Source: a candidate division FCPU426 bacterium (GTDB taxonomy: Bacteria; Oederibacteriota; PGYV01; Palsa-1178). Taken from it: a stretch of DNA of 64,000 bases. The stretch's first letter is position 1. Each line of letters opens with the position of its first letter. The notes under the pieces were generated by a model. That model worked only from the letters and a program-made list of their open reading frames with translations. It made no database searches and was not told the DNA's origin. Both the position numbers and the translations under genes were made by a program. Location: NCBI GenBank assembly GCA_963840035.1, contig CAWIXE010000002.1, positions 1,632,001 to 1,696,000 on the forward strand. The letters run 5' to 3'. Shown here piece by piece: positions 9,735 through 18,830 of this stretch.

Positions 9735-9803
9735 CTACTATCATAACCGTCGCGAAGCGACTCCTTAATTAGTAATTGGTGATTAGTCATTAGTAATTGC
9801 CCT

Positions 9804-10010
9804 TCAGTCCTTCTCATACTCCAGTATCTCTCCCGGCTGACAATTGAGTTCCCTGCATAGCGCGTTCAACGTCTCAACCCTTACAGCTTTTGCCTTTCCT
9901 GTCTTTAATATCGACAGGTTTGAGTCTGTCAGGTCTATCCTCTTTGCCAGCTCGCCTAAGGATATCTTCCTGTCAGCCATTACCCTGTCCAGCCTGAATA
10001 TTATACTCAT
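9804..10010 (-). CDS. YozG-like Cro/C1 HTH transcriptional regulator
   Basis: NLSILKTGKAKAVR...LNCQPGEILEY. Confidence 0.9.
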   Translation of the reverse strand: MSIIFRLDRVMADRKISLGELAKRIDLTDSNLSILKTGKAKAVRVETLNALCRELNCQPGEILEYEKD

Positions 10011-10052
10011 ACACGCCTCCGCATCATTTATTAGTAATTGGTAATTATTGTA

Positions 10053-10568
10053 TTAAACGGTTAAGTCGTGCTCTTCCTGAAGAGCAGCGCCGTTCTTGAA
10101 TATTTCGCCGAGCATGTAAAGCAGCACACAGGTCAGCAGGCCGCTGAAGTTGAAGGTAATAATTGAAAACGGTATCAGCAGTTTGTTTATGTTCGAAATA
10201 ATATCCACATTGCTTTTGTTAAATACTATCTCATTCTTAAAATTATCAAACAGGACAGCCGACCTTTTTATAATCATAAGCAGAAGCACTACAACAGCCG
10301 CGACATAAGGGAATGCCAGCATCTTTAAAGCCAGCGGCGCCTGGTTAAACATCTTCCACTCTTCGAGGTCATGGCGGTTTTCTTCCGAAGGATTTATCCT
10401 CTGGTCTTCCGCTATCTTCTCCCCTATGAATAACTGAACCTTATCTGATGATATGACCGCGGTAAAGAACAAAGCTCCGCAAATAGCCCCCACAAGAACC
10501 AAATACCACATCACTTTCAACAACACGCTGAACACCGACGACACTGACTTTTTTCCAAAATTTTTCAT
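10053..10568 (-). CDS. DUF2975-family membrane protein
   Basis: C-terminal EIFKNGAALQEEHDLTV, upstream of a YozG-like gene; ATG at 10568 with GGAGG. Confidence 0.8.
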   Translation of the reverse strand: MKNFGKKSVSSVFSVLLKVMWYLVLVGAICGALFFTAVISSDKVQLFIGEKIAEDQRINPSEENRHDLEEWKMFNQAPLALKMLAFPYVAAVVVLLLMIIKRSAVLFDNFKNEIVFNKSNVDIISNINKLLIPFSIITFNFSGLLTCVLLYMLGEIFKNGAALQEEHDLTV

Positions 10569-10650
10569 TGCTAATACCTCCCATTTTTTTGAACTTCTTT
10601 TTTCATCATACCGCGGGGCCCTTCCCGGTATGATTTCTCCTGCTGATGCA

Positions 10651-10709
10651 AATATACAAAATCCAATGCCGAAAGTCAAGTATTATTTATTGTAATTCAA
10701 TAAATAATA
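10651..10709 (-). promoter_or_regulatory. sigma70 promoter (TTGACT-17-TATATT) with an adjacent 12-bp inverted repeat (putative operator)
   Basis: -35 at 10674-10679, -10 at 10651-10656; TATTATTTATTG-taatt-CAATAAATAATA at 10681-10709. Confidence 0.65.
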
Positions 10710-10841
10710 TCCGATTTTTAATGTTATTTTATTAAATACCAATAAAATATAGGGGTTTTTAAAGGGGGCAAAATATGAAAATAAGATAAAAACTTATTAT
10801 ATTTAGTCTCTAACATCAGCAAAACAATATCAAACAGTTAT

Positions 10842-11462
10842 TTAGTATATAAAAGGAATATATCGCTTTGTATGTTTCATGTATTCCGCGTACTTTTTAC
10901 CGTGCAGTTTGAGCAGGAAATCCTCTTCGCATCTTACCTGCACTTCAAGGAAAAGATAGAAGCTGTAAGCGAACAGAAATACGGCCCAGCACGGGAATAT
11001 CATCCACACGCCGGCGTTTAAAGCGAATAATCCGAGGTATGTGGGATTCCGTATGAACTTATACAATCCCGTGGTTATCAACGCCGTCTTTTTCTTTTCA
11101 TCAATCCCCACGCGCCAGGACCTTCCCATTTTCAGCTGCGCGTAAAGGCAAATACTTAACCCCGCCAACCCGAGCAGGAACCCGGCCGCGTCAAATTTTA
11201 CGGAATCCAGATAAGCCAGTTCATTGAACATGGAAAAAAACTTCAGGTTAAAAACTTTAACCACGAGCATCAGCGTGATAAATATGGTAAGCACGAATGT
11301 AAAATAGGACATGAATTTCTGAAGGCTGCTTTTTGACTTGGCCATTACCTGCGGGTCTATGCCGGACTGCTTCATCAAAGTCCGCCTCTTTATGGCCCAT
11401 AGCATAAGATAAACCACGAACAAAGCGCCTATCAGTATGGCTTCAAGAATGTTTTTTTGCAT
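10842..11462 (-). CDS. Isoprenylcysteine carboxylmethyltransferase (ICMT/PEMT) family protein
   Basis: SWRVGID, LITTGLYKFIRNPTY and EEDFL. Confidence 0.85.
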   Translation of the reverse strand: MQKNILEAILIGALFVVYLMLWAIKRRTLMKQSGIDPQVMAKSKSSLQKFMSYFTFVLTIFITLMLVVKVFNLKFFSMFNELAYLDSVKFDAAGFLLGLAGLSICLYAQLKMGRSWRVGIDEKKKTALITTGLYKFIRNPTYLGLFALNAGVWMIFPCWAVFLFAYSFYLFLEVQVRCEEDFLLKLHGKKYAEYMKHTKRYIPFIY

Positions 11463-11552
11463 ATACTCCTCCTCTCCCCTGTTTATTTATCTAAGGCCAT
11501 CCGCATCCCGCGCGCTTATAATATAACCGCGCCGCGCAGTCAATTACGCATT

Positions 11553-12173
11553 TTAATCGTCAAGCCCCTTACCGTCAAGTATCTTATCCATATATTTTTC
11601 AACCCTGTCTTCCCTGGTTTTGGACTGCTTAGCCTGGGAGAAATAAAACAGGTATGCCCGCTGGCGGCCGGGTGTGAGGTTTTCAAAGGCGACTTTAAGT
11701 CCCGGCACGCTGTCGAGTTTTTCCTTGAACTCACCCGGAACCTTAAAGTCAGAGGTCTTCTTGTGCGGCACTTTCAGCCCTGCTTTTTCCGCCGCTATGG
11801 CTTCCTTTATATAAGCCTTTATCGTGCCCTTCAGCTTCACTATTTCCTTCAAGCCTGTAAACCGTATCTGTCTGGCCTCCTGCACATTCTCAGTCTGCCG
11901 GATCAGCACGCCTTTGGAATCCTTTAAAAGCGCCCCCTTGACAAAAAGCACAGCGCAGTATTCCTTAAACCCGTGTATTATTACTATGTTATTCCCCTCA
12001 AAAGTGTAGCAAGGCTGCCCCCATTTCATCTCCTCGGTCACCGGGCATTCCCGCACAATCTTTCGCAGCTCTTTCATTTCAGCCTGCCACTTATCAAGAC
12101 CTTTGATAAACGCATCTACTCCGGGATTTGCTTTGCCCGGTACTGCCGACCCTGCAGATTTCGTTTTTTTCAA
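11553..12173 (-). CDS. YdeI-family protein (DUF1801 + OmdA)
   Basis: EEMKWGQPCY, KGALLKD, TPGRQRAY and AKQSKTR; probable TTG start at 12173. Confidence 0.85.
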   Translation of the reverse strand: MKKTKSAGSAVPGKANPGVDAFIKGLDKWQAEMKELRKIVRECPVTEEMKWGQPCYTFEGNNIVIIHGFKEYCAVLFVKGALLKDSKGVLIRQTENVQEARQIRFTGLKEIVKLKGTIKAYIKEAIAAEKAGLKVPHKKTSDFKVPGEFKEKLDSVPGLKVAFENLTPGRQRAYLFYFSQAKQSKTREDRVEKYMDKILDGKGLDD

Positions 12174-12328
12174 GATGAAACCCCCTGAAATGTATAGAAT
12201 CATTATATAGATAAGTATACCAAACATCCTAATATAAGCAAGGAACAGACAAATGTACGCTTCCCCGCAGCAGAGTCAAAAACGCAACAAAAATGGAAAA
12301 TCCCCGCAAATATTATGTAAGAGAAGTG

Positions 12329-12357
12329 TTGACATTGCCATACCAATATGATAAAAA
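12329..12357 (+). promoter_or_regulatory. Putative tRNA promoter
   Basis: TTGACA-17-TAAAAA with TG extension, about 30 bp upstream of the tRNA. Confidence 0.5.
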
Positions 12358-12388
12358 TATTAGTCCGTGCTGCTATTATAAGATACGT

Positions 12389-12464
12389 TCCCTGGTAGCT
12401 CAGTCGGTAGAGCATGTGACTGTTAATCACATTGTCGCAGGTTCGAGTCCTGCCCGGGGAGCCA
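12389..12464 (+). tRNA. tRNA-Asn(GTT)
   Basis: Acceptor TCCCTGG/CCGGGGA; D arm TAGCTCAGTCGGTAGAGC; anticodon arm TGTGA-CTGTTAA-TCACA; GTTCGAGTCC; encoded CCA. Confidence 0.97.
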
Positions 12465-12507
12465 AAAATGCAAAAAGCCCATCGAAAGATGGGCTTTTTG
12501 CATTTTT
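12464..12507 (+). terminator. Bidirectional intrinsic terminator
   Basis: AAAAATGCAAAAAGCCCATC-GAAA-GATGGGCTTTTTGCATTTTT. Confidence 0.8.
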
Positions 12508-12658
12508 GAGCCCTTGGCATGGCCCTCGTAGGGGCCGCCCCATGTGGCGGCCCGGCCATTGTCTTAATCCTATAACCCAATCGCCCTCTCGTACTGTTTA
12601 TACTTGCCAACGGTAAAAAGGGTGATAAAATATAAGCGTAAAAATATGGGAGGCTAAA

Positions 12659-13228
12659 TTGATACTTATTCTGTGTTTGTTTTTAATATTCCCTTTATTA
12701 ATTTTAAGTGCAATATATCTGTTCTTTATTAAAACATCAAAAAACATTATGTCCAAAAGTGTAAATTTGAGCGTTTGGATTTTTTTAGTTATTTTGCTTT
12801 CGTTTGTGTCAGGATTTATAACCTTACAAAAATTCATACCATACATGATTGTATTTACACCTACTTTGATAATCGCAATTATTACCTATATCCAATTTGA
12901 GAAGGAATTGTCAGACGATAAGTTTCTTTTCCTGTTTACAATGGTGTTTTGTTCCGTTATTTTAACCGTGTTTATTAGCGACATTTTTCACGCCAAATTT
13001 CTTGAAATTGCTCTTAATAAATTTGATTTAAATCACGACGGTGTGTTTTCAGGCAGTGAAATTACCCCGGAACAGGAAGAAGCAATGTTTCGTTTGACGA
13101 ATGACTCATACAGGGCATTTTTACCAATTACAGGCAGCATTTATGGCTTTATTATTACAGTATTGGTTGTAATTTCTGCAAATGTCATTAAATTATTCAA
13201 AGGTAAAAATACAAAAATTATTAAATAG
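12659..13228 (+). CDS. AT-rich hypothetical membrane protein
   Basis: Multiple TM segments; DLNHDGVFSGSE motif; GGGAGG RBS before TTG. Confidence 0.7.
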   Translation: MILILCLFLIFPLLILSAIYLFFIKTSKNIMSKSVNLSVWIFLVILLSFVSGFITLQKFIPYMIVFTPTLIIAIITYIQFEKELSDDKFLFLFTMVFCSVILTVFISDIFHAKFLEIALNKFDLNHDGVFSGSEITPEQEEAMFRLTNDSYRAFLPITGSIYGFIITVLVVISANVIKLFKGKNTKIIK

Positions 13229-13290
13229 ACACCGTCTGTTTATAAAGGTCTTCAACCTCCCCTGAAATAAGGAAGGTGCGAGAATTGTAT

Positions 13291-13399
13291 TGTCTGGTGA
13301 GCCAAAAATGCAAAAGGCTCAACTAAAGCTTGCCTTTTGCATTTTTAAGCCTTTGGTATGACCCTCGCAGGAGCCACCCCATTTTACGACCAGTTCATT
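13291..13399 (+). repeat. Degenerate copy of the tRNA-Asn 3' end, terminator and downstream sequence (12451-12560)
   Basis: GAGCCAAAAATGCAAAAGG...CTTTTGCATTTTTAAGCCTTTGGTATGACCCTCGCAGGAGCCACCCCAT aligns with 12459-12543. Confidence 0.8.
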
Positions 13400-13409
13400 A
13401 CACCAGTTC

Positions 13410-13982
13410 CTATTTTCCCATTTTAGACGGGTCTTTTACATATTCATTAATCAGGCTCTTCAGCTTTTCTATTGCCTGTTTTTTCTCGGTTTCAGATACT
13501 CCGTCCTCAATTGTCTCAACCACAACTCCCTGCCCGTTCTTTCCCGTTACATTGCCGGTATATAATACGCCCATTTGGCCTTTTATTATCTTCCAGCGGT
13601 CGTCATATCTGTATTTCATGGTGAAATTCCTGCTTTTAACGATAGTATCAACAACTTTTTCAGTATTCTTTTTCCCGCCTATCATATTTGTTATAATTGT
13701 ATCCTTAAGCCTGTCTCCTTCACTCCGTTTTTTATATGACTCTCCTATAAGATTCATCGGAAAGGCACTCAGAGAATCGTGGACAATTGTCAGCCCTTCG
13801 TCCTTTAGTATCTTCTTTGCCGCGTAATAAGCTTCCGTATAATATCCGCCCGTTAATACTATCCTGCCTTCCGCTTCCTGCGATTCAAGATTCTTCTTAA
13901 TTGCATACTCTTCAAACTCCGCACACCCTGTAAAGGCAAAAACAAGTAACAACACAAAAATAACAACCATCAATTTTTTCAT
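13410..13982 (-). CDS. Hypothetical lipoprotein
   Basis: Lipobox FTGC; GGGGAGG RBS. Confidence 0.7.
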   Translation of the reverse strand: MKKLMVVIFVLLLVFAFTGCAEFEEYAIKKNLESQEAEGRIVLTGGYYTEAYYAAKKILKDEGLTIVHDSLSAFPMNLIGESYKKRSEGDRLKDTIITNMIGGKKNTEKVVDTIVKSRNFTMKYRYDDRWKIIKGQMGVLYTGNVTGKNGQGVVVETIEDGVSETEKKQAIEKLKSLINEYVKDPSKMGK

Positions 13983-14153
13983 GTTTTCCTCCCCTGTTAT
14001 TTATATGATAATTCTACTAGACCCCCCCACCTCTGTCAATACGCTTATCATATCAACGCAACCCGCGTTACAAAAACCCGTTTATGATATAATTAGGTAT
14101 ATTCAAACTAGCCTTCGGGACGCATATATGCTTCCCCTAAAAAAGGAGAAAAC

Positions 14154-15053
14154 ATGAAAGACGTTTACTGCTACGGCCTTGTTGAACTATCCTCAATATT
14201 TACCCTTTCCGGTAAGTTCCCTTCAGCTGACTCTTATAAGGAAGTGGAAACCTTAATCGAAGTCCCTGGCGGTGAGGCTACTAATGCGGCTGTGGTGCTC
14301 AGTAGGCTTGGGTTAAAAACTAAAATAGCGGGCACATGGCTTGGTGAGGATGTATATCATAAGGTAAAGGGCTACTTTGAACAGGAACATGTTGATACTT
14401 CCTCCCTTGAGCGCAAGGCCGGATATTCCGGGCCTCGGGACCTTGTCTTTGTCAGCGATGAGGGACGGACTGTTTTCGGGTGGTTTGGCAAACTTTGGTT
14501 CCAGGGACGAAAATGGTCCAAGCCAAAGGCGAGCGACATCAAGAACTGCCGCGTGGCGTGCATAGACCCCTTCATGCCTGAAGGGTCTGAACTGGCGGCA
14601 AAACTGTGCGTTAAATATAAGAAGAAGTACGTGACCCTGGATGAAAAACCCGAGCATTATGTCATTAAAAATTCAGAAGCCGCGGTTATTTCAGGCGAGT
14701 TCATGGAGCGCGAATACCGCGGAGTTGATATGGACAAGCTTTATAAACAGTACACAAAGAACTATAAAGGACTGGTTATATTTACATCCGGCGCTGATAA
14801 GATCATTTACGGCAGGGCAAATACGGCTAAAAAGGTATTTAAGCCTTTAAAGATAAAGGCAGTAGATACGCTTGGCGCGGGCGATACTTTTAGGGCTGGC
14901 ATTGCTTTTGGGCTGCTTAACTGCTGGGACGACGATAAGACCGTGGTATTCGCCAGCCTGCTGGCTTCAATGGTTTGCATGTCCGGACCCGGGGTAACTA
15001 AGTCGCCGAACATTAAAGATGTTTTGAAATTCCTTAATAAGGCCACGCTTTAA
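14154..15053 (+). CDS. PfkB-family carbohydrate kinase
   Basis: GGEATNAA and DTLGAGDTFRAG. Confidence 0.85.
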   Translation: MKDVYCYGLVELSSIFTLSGKFPSADSYKEVETLIEVPGGEATNAAVVLSRLGLKTKIAGTWLGEDVYHKVKGYFEQEHVDTSSLERKAGYSGPRDLVFVSDEGRTVFGWFGKLWFQGRKWSKPKASDIKNCRVACIDPFMPEGSELAAKLCVKYKKKYVTLDEKPEHYVIKNSEAAVISGEFMEREYRGVDMDKLYKQYTKNYKGLVIFTSGADKIIYGRANTAKKVFKPLKIKAVDTLGAGDTFRAGIAFGLLNCWDDDKTVVFASLLASMVCMSGPGVTKSPNIKDVLKFLNKATL

Positions 15054-15070
15054 TCACATATCCCAAATCA

Positions 15071-15904
15071 TTAAAGCAAAGTCCCCTGCTGAGCATCCAT
15101 CATCTGCTTCATCCGCTTCGCGTTTTTAACCGCCGACCCCGCGTGGCAATTATTTAAAAATATAAACATCTTCTTTGACTGCTCAGCCATCTTTTTCACA
15201 TCCGGTAGGAAGGACTTCAGTTCCTCGTCCGTATATAAGTAATCATACCTGACCTCAGATGGCGCGTTGAACCAGTTCTTGTTCCTTCCGTGGAGGCGGA
15301 AGTACGCCACATCAGAGGTCACTTCCGGCTTAAACGGCATAAGCCTTTCAAGCGGCGGCTCGTCCACGGCGCAGTATCCCAAGTCATATGCCTTTAAAAA
15401 CGAGAACGTCTCATCCTTTGCCCAGTGGCTGTTGCGAAACTCAATAATCAGGGGCATGCCTTCAAAGGCTTTTTTGCAGTTTATTATATAGGCTTCTGAC
15501 TCTTTTGACGGATAGAAAAACACCGGGAACTGAAGGAGTATGCCGCCGAGCTTGCCGGCTTCTGAAAACGGTTTAAGGGAGTATTTGAATTTCTCAATGT
15601 CGGAAAATGCCCTGTCCATAGAAGGCTGCTTTTCACCAAGCCTGGTGTCAAAGGGGTCATGGGTAAATCCCCTGAACCCCTTTACAACAAATTCAAAACC
15701 TTTTGAAGTCTTCTGCTCCATGGCAAAAGCGGTCTTGTCCGACAGGAGGGCGTAGTAGGTGGCGTTGACCTCAAGCGTGTCAAAACCAAGTTCTTTCTGG
15801 TAGTATATGAGTTCTTCTTTTTGAGGCAGGCCCTGGGGGTATATAACCCCTTTTCTCCAGTCAGGGAAGGAAAAGCCTGAGGTGCCAATTTTTACTACTC
15901 CCAA
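15071..15904 (-). CDS. DUF72 (YecE/YunF-like) protein
   Basis: IGTSGFSFPDW, EVNATYY, IEFRN and YFRLHGRN. Confidence 0.9.
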   Translation of the reverse strand: MGVVKIGTSGFSFPDWRKGVIYPQGLPQKEELIYYQKELGFDTLEVNATYYALLSDKTAFAMEQKTSKGFEFVVKGFRGFTHDPFDTRLGEKQPSMDRAFSDIEKFKYSLKPFSEAGKLGGILLQFPVFFYPSKESEAYIINCKKAFEGMPLIIEFRNSHWAKDETFSFLKAYDLGYCAVDEPPLERLMPFKPEVTSDVAYFRLHGRNKNWFNAPSEVRYDYLYTDEELKSFLPDVKKMAEQSKKMFIFLNNCHAGSAVKNAKRMKQMMDAQQGTLL

Positions 15905-15931
15905 ACGCTACCTCCTGTATACATTTTATTA

Positions 15932-16267
15932 TTATACAAAAATTTCCTGCCTGACAACCTCAAGTATGCTTTCAGTATACTTCAAAGCATCATTATCCCA
16001 AAATCTTAGCACTATATAACCACAACCCCGCAAATAATTGTCCCTGATTTTATCATTGCCGGCCTTTTCTGCGTGCTGTCCCCCATCAAGTTCAATTATA
16101 ATACTTTTTTCATAACAAATAAAGTCCGCAATGTATTTCCCTACGGGTTCCTGCCTTTTAAATTTCAGGTTAAAGAACCTCCTTCCCCTTAAATAATTCC
16201 ATAATTTCCTTTCAGCGTCTGTCTGTTTCTTTCTTAAATCCCGCGCATACTCAACCAGTTTATCCAT
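15932..16267 (-). CDS. DUF559 endonuclease-domain protein
   Basis: ARDLRKKQTDAERKLW, FKRQ, YIADF and IELDGGQH. Confidence 0.9.
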   Translation of the reverse strand: MDKLVEYARDLRKKQTDAERKLWNYLRGRRFFNLKFKRQEPVGKYIADFICYEKSIIIELDGGQHAEKAGNDKIRDNYLRGCGYIVLRFWDNDALKYTESILEVVRQEIFV

Positions 16268-16278
16268 TATCCCCCCTG

Positions 16279-16576
16279 TCCCCTCACCCTACCCTCTCTC
16301 CCCCGCAAGGGGGGACTATAAATAGCCGGGGGAGAGGGATAAAAAGGCGTTTTGTCTTTTACCTTCCTCCCCTCTCCTCTTAGGAGAGGGGGCTGGGGTG
16401 AGGTGAAACAAGTACCTACTTCCCCTCACCCTACCCTCTCCCGGGGGGAGAGGGATGAAAAGACGGTTTGTCTTTTACATTCCTCCCCTCTCCTCTTAGG
16501 AGAGGGGGCTGGGGTGAGGTGAAACAAGTACCTACTTCCCCTCACCCTACCCTCTCCCGGGGGGAGAGGGATAAAA
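16279..16576. repeat. BIME-like array of CCCTCACCCTACCCTCTCCC/GGGAGAGGG palindromes, 116-bp period
   Basis: Three forward units alternate with two inverted units; GGAGAGGGAT recurs at 16331, 16447 and 16563. Confidence 0.9.
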
Positions 16577-16596
16577 GAACAACTCCAACTTACAAC

Positions 16597-17826
16597 CTAC
16601 TTTATAAGACGTGTGCTCATTATTCCACACCGTTCCAAAATCCCGTGCTTTTCGGCCTTTATTATAGATGACGGTTTTAAAGTAAACGCCCCGTACTTGT
16701 TGTTTATCTCGTCCATTACCTCCATCAGTTTCTGTTTCCTTTCCATGTTCTCAAACAGATACTGCTGCCCGTGCCCCGTTGCCGTGTTTGATATACTCAC
16801 CCCAAGCAGCCTCACTTTCTTCTTCAACGGCATCAGCTTCTCGAATATCTTCCACGCCTCCTCAAAAAGTTCCACCCCGGAGTTGAAGTAGTGGTGCAGC
16901 GTGGCGCGGCTGCAGTGCATCTCAAAATCCTCAAAACGCACAGCCAGGAACGCAGTCCTGCCCAGGAGCTTGTACTCGCGCAGCCGGACGGCTGTTTTTT
17001 CCGACAGCATCAAAAGAAATGACCTTATCACGCTTATATCCATGGTATCAGCAGGCAGGGTGTGGCTGTGGCCCACTGACTTTACCGGGCTCTCGTAGTT
17101 ATATCCTTTTACATCCGATGAATCTTTACCCAGGCCTATGTTCTTATACATCCTGCCCAGTATGCCAAAGTTATCCTTGAGCATGCGTTCGTCCGCCATG
17201 CCGAGTTTTTTGGCGGTATCAATGCCGAGCGACAAAAACTTCCTTTCCAGCTGCCTTCCTATGCCAACACCCTGCAGTTTTGAGACCGGAAGGTTTTCCA
17301 TGAATGCGGGAACATCCGCTTCCCGGACAATGACAAGGCCGTCCGGCTTTTTTGACTTTGCCGCTATCTTTGCCACCACCTTATTGGGGGCTATGCCTAT
17401 GGAACACAGAAGCCCCAGTTCGTCTTTAATCCTTTTTTTCATCTCCATGGCGGCTTTTTCCCCTCCACCAAAGAGCTTCTCGGTAGTTGTCAGGTCCATA
17501 AAGCATTCATCTATGGAAAAAACCTCGACCTTGTCCGTGTAATCAAGGAGTATCTTGTGTATGCGTATGGATGTGTCCACGTATTTATCCAGGTTGCCGA
17601 CGACAGGAATGAGCCGCGGGCACAGTTTCCTTGCCTCGGGTATGGTCATGCCGGTCTTTACCCCATACGCGCGCGCTTCGTAGGAAGCGGTGGTGATTAT
17701 AGTACGGCCCTGGCCGCATACGCCAATAGGCTTGCCGCGTAAAGACGGGTTGCAGTTCTGTTCGACAGAGGCAAAATAAGCATTCATATCTATAAGGAAG
17801 ATTGTGCGTTCCGGGGATTGGGTCAT
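16597..17826 (-). CDS. dinB: DNA polymerase IV (Y family)
   Basis: IDMNAYFASVE, ASYEARAYGV, SIDE and KPDG. Confidence 0.93.
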   Translation of the reverse strand: MTQSPERTIFLIDMNAYFASVEQNCNPSLRGKPIGVCGQGRTIITTASYEARAYGVKTGMTIPEARKLCPRLIPVVGNLDKYVDTSIRIHKILLDYTDKVEVFSIDECFMDLTTTEKLFGGGEKAAMEMKKRIKDELGLLCSIGIAPNKVVAKIAAKSKKPDGLVIVREADVPAFMENLPVSKLQGVGIGRQLERKFLSLGIDTAKKLGMADERMLKDNFGILGRMYKNIGLGKDSSDVKGYNYESPVKSVGHSHTLPADTMDISVIRSFLLMLSEKTAVRLREYKLLGRTAFLAVRFEDFEMHCSRATLHHYFNSGVELFEEAWKIFEKLMPLKKKVRLLGVSISNTATGHGQQYLFENMERKQKLMEVMDEINNKYGAFTLKPSSIIKAEKHGILERCGIMSTRLIK

Positions 17827-17853
17827 GTGGTTTCCTTGCTTTCAATATTTGGA

Positions 17854-18105
17854 TTAAGCTATAAGTTCCGTTTTTTCAAGCATCCATTCCAGGGTTTTTT
17901 GGTTAAATGAAAGTTCATAGTAACCGCCATCCCCTGAGACTGAAAAATGCAGTATCATAGCCGCGCCTTCCGCCGTGTTCCAGCAGTAGGATACGGTCTT
18001 TACATCTACCTTCCGTTCCTTCCACTTGAACCACTTGGGCTCTATCCTGTTCTTTGAAAAAACAGCGCCGACCTTTATCTTCTCGTTTATAACTGTCACG
18101 CTCAT
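17854..18105 (-). CDS. Small hypothetical protein between lexA and dinB
   Basis: 83 aa, beta-rich (PKWFKW...HFSV...YELSFN...W); start overlaps the lexA stop (ATGA). Confidence 0.7.
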   Translation of the reverse strand: MSVTVINEKIKVGAVFSKNRIEPKWFKWKERKVDVKTVSYCWNTAEGAAMILHFSVSGDGGYYELSFNQKTLEWMLEKTELIA

Positions 18106-18686
18106 TTTATCTTCCTTATGACGCCGACTACCTTGCCCATGACGCTGGCATCCCTGGAAACTATGGGGGAATACTTGGGATTTTCAGCTTTGAGTTTTAC
18201 CCCGTCATCTGTCATATAAAATGTTTTTACCGTGGCCTCGGAACCCAAAAGAGCCGCGACTATCTCGCCGTTCTCGGCTGTTTTTTGTTTCCTTACGATG
18301 ACGGTGTCTCCGTCATATATTCCGGCGCCCGTCATGGAGTCCCCGGCCACCCGCAGCGCAAATAGGTCCCTCAACCCGAAAATATCAGTTATGCTGCTTA
18401 TGCGTTCCTCTATATTTTCTATGGCATCTATGGGAAGGCCGGCGCTTATGCGTCCTAAAAGGGGTATCCCCGCGGATTGATTTAAAAGCTCGATCCCTCT
18501 GGAGACATTTTTGTTCAGTTTAATATAACCCGCATCCGCCAGTTTTTTTAAATGGTGCCTTATGGTCCAGGTCGATGACAAACCCGACTGTTTTGCAAGC
18601 TCCCTTAGTGTCGGCGGAGCCCCATGTTCCTCAAACCAATCTGTGATTTTTTCCAGGACCTTGCTTGTCTGCGCTGTGAGTTTCAT
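18102..18686 (-). CDS. lexA: LexA repressor
   Basis: PPTLRELA wHTH, RGI, SAG cleavage site, GDSM (Ser) and TVK (Lys). Confidence 0.93.
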   Translation of the reverse strand: MKLTAQTSKVLEKITDWFEEHGAPPTLRELAKQSGLSSTWTIRHHLKKLADAGYIKLNKNVSRGIELLNQSAGIPLLGRISAGLPIDAIENIEERISSITDIFGLRDLFALRVAGDSMTGAGIYDGDTVIVRKQKTAENGEIVAALLGSEATVKTFYMTDDGVKLKAENPKYSPIVSRDASVMGKVVGVIRKIK

Positions 18687-18701
18687 GTGGCCTCCTTCTT
18701 A

Positions 18702-18808
18702 TTAGTCTCAAGACCCAGGACTCAAGACCCAAGTAAAGACAAGTCCTACTTGGGTCTTGGGTCATGAGTCTTGAGACTAACATGACCCCTACTTGTGTCC
18801 TAAGTCTT
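18702..18808. repeat. Heptamer-built palindromic element, copy 1
   Basis: TAGTCTCAAGACCCAGGACTCAAGACCCAAGTA...TACTTGGGTCTTGGGTCATGAGTCTTGAGACTA. Confidence 0.8.
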
Positions 18809-18830
18809 AAATCTATATCTTGCATATACA

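Noticed and set aside
12560..13300. Integron cassette with attC sites
   Set aside because: No convincing RYYYAAC...GTTRRRY pairing and no intI
16279..16576. CRISPR array next to a nuclease
   Set aside because: The intervening sequences are near-identical duplicates and the units alternate in orientation; this is REP/BIME-like
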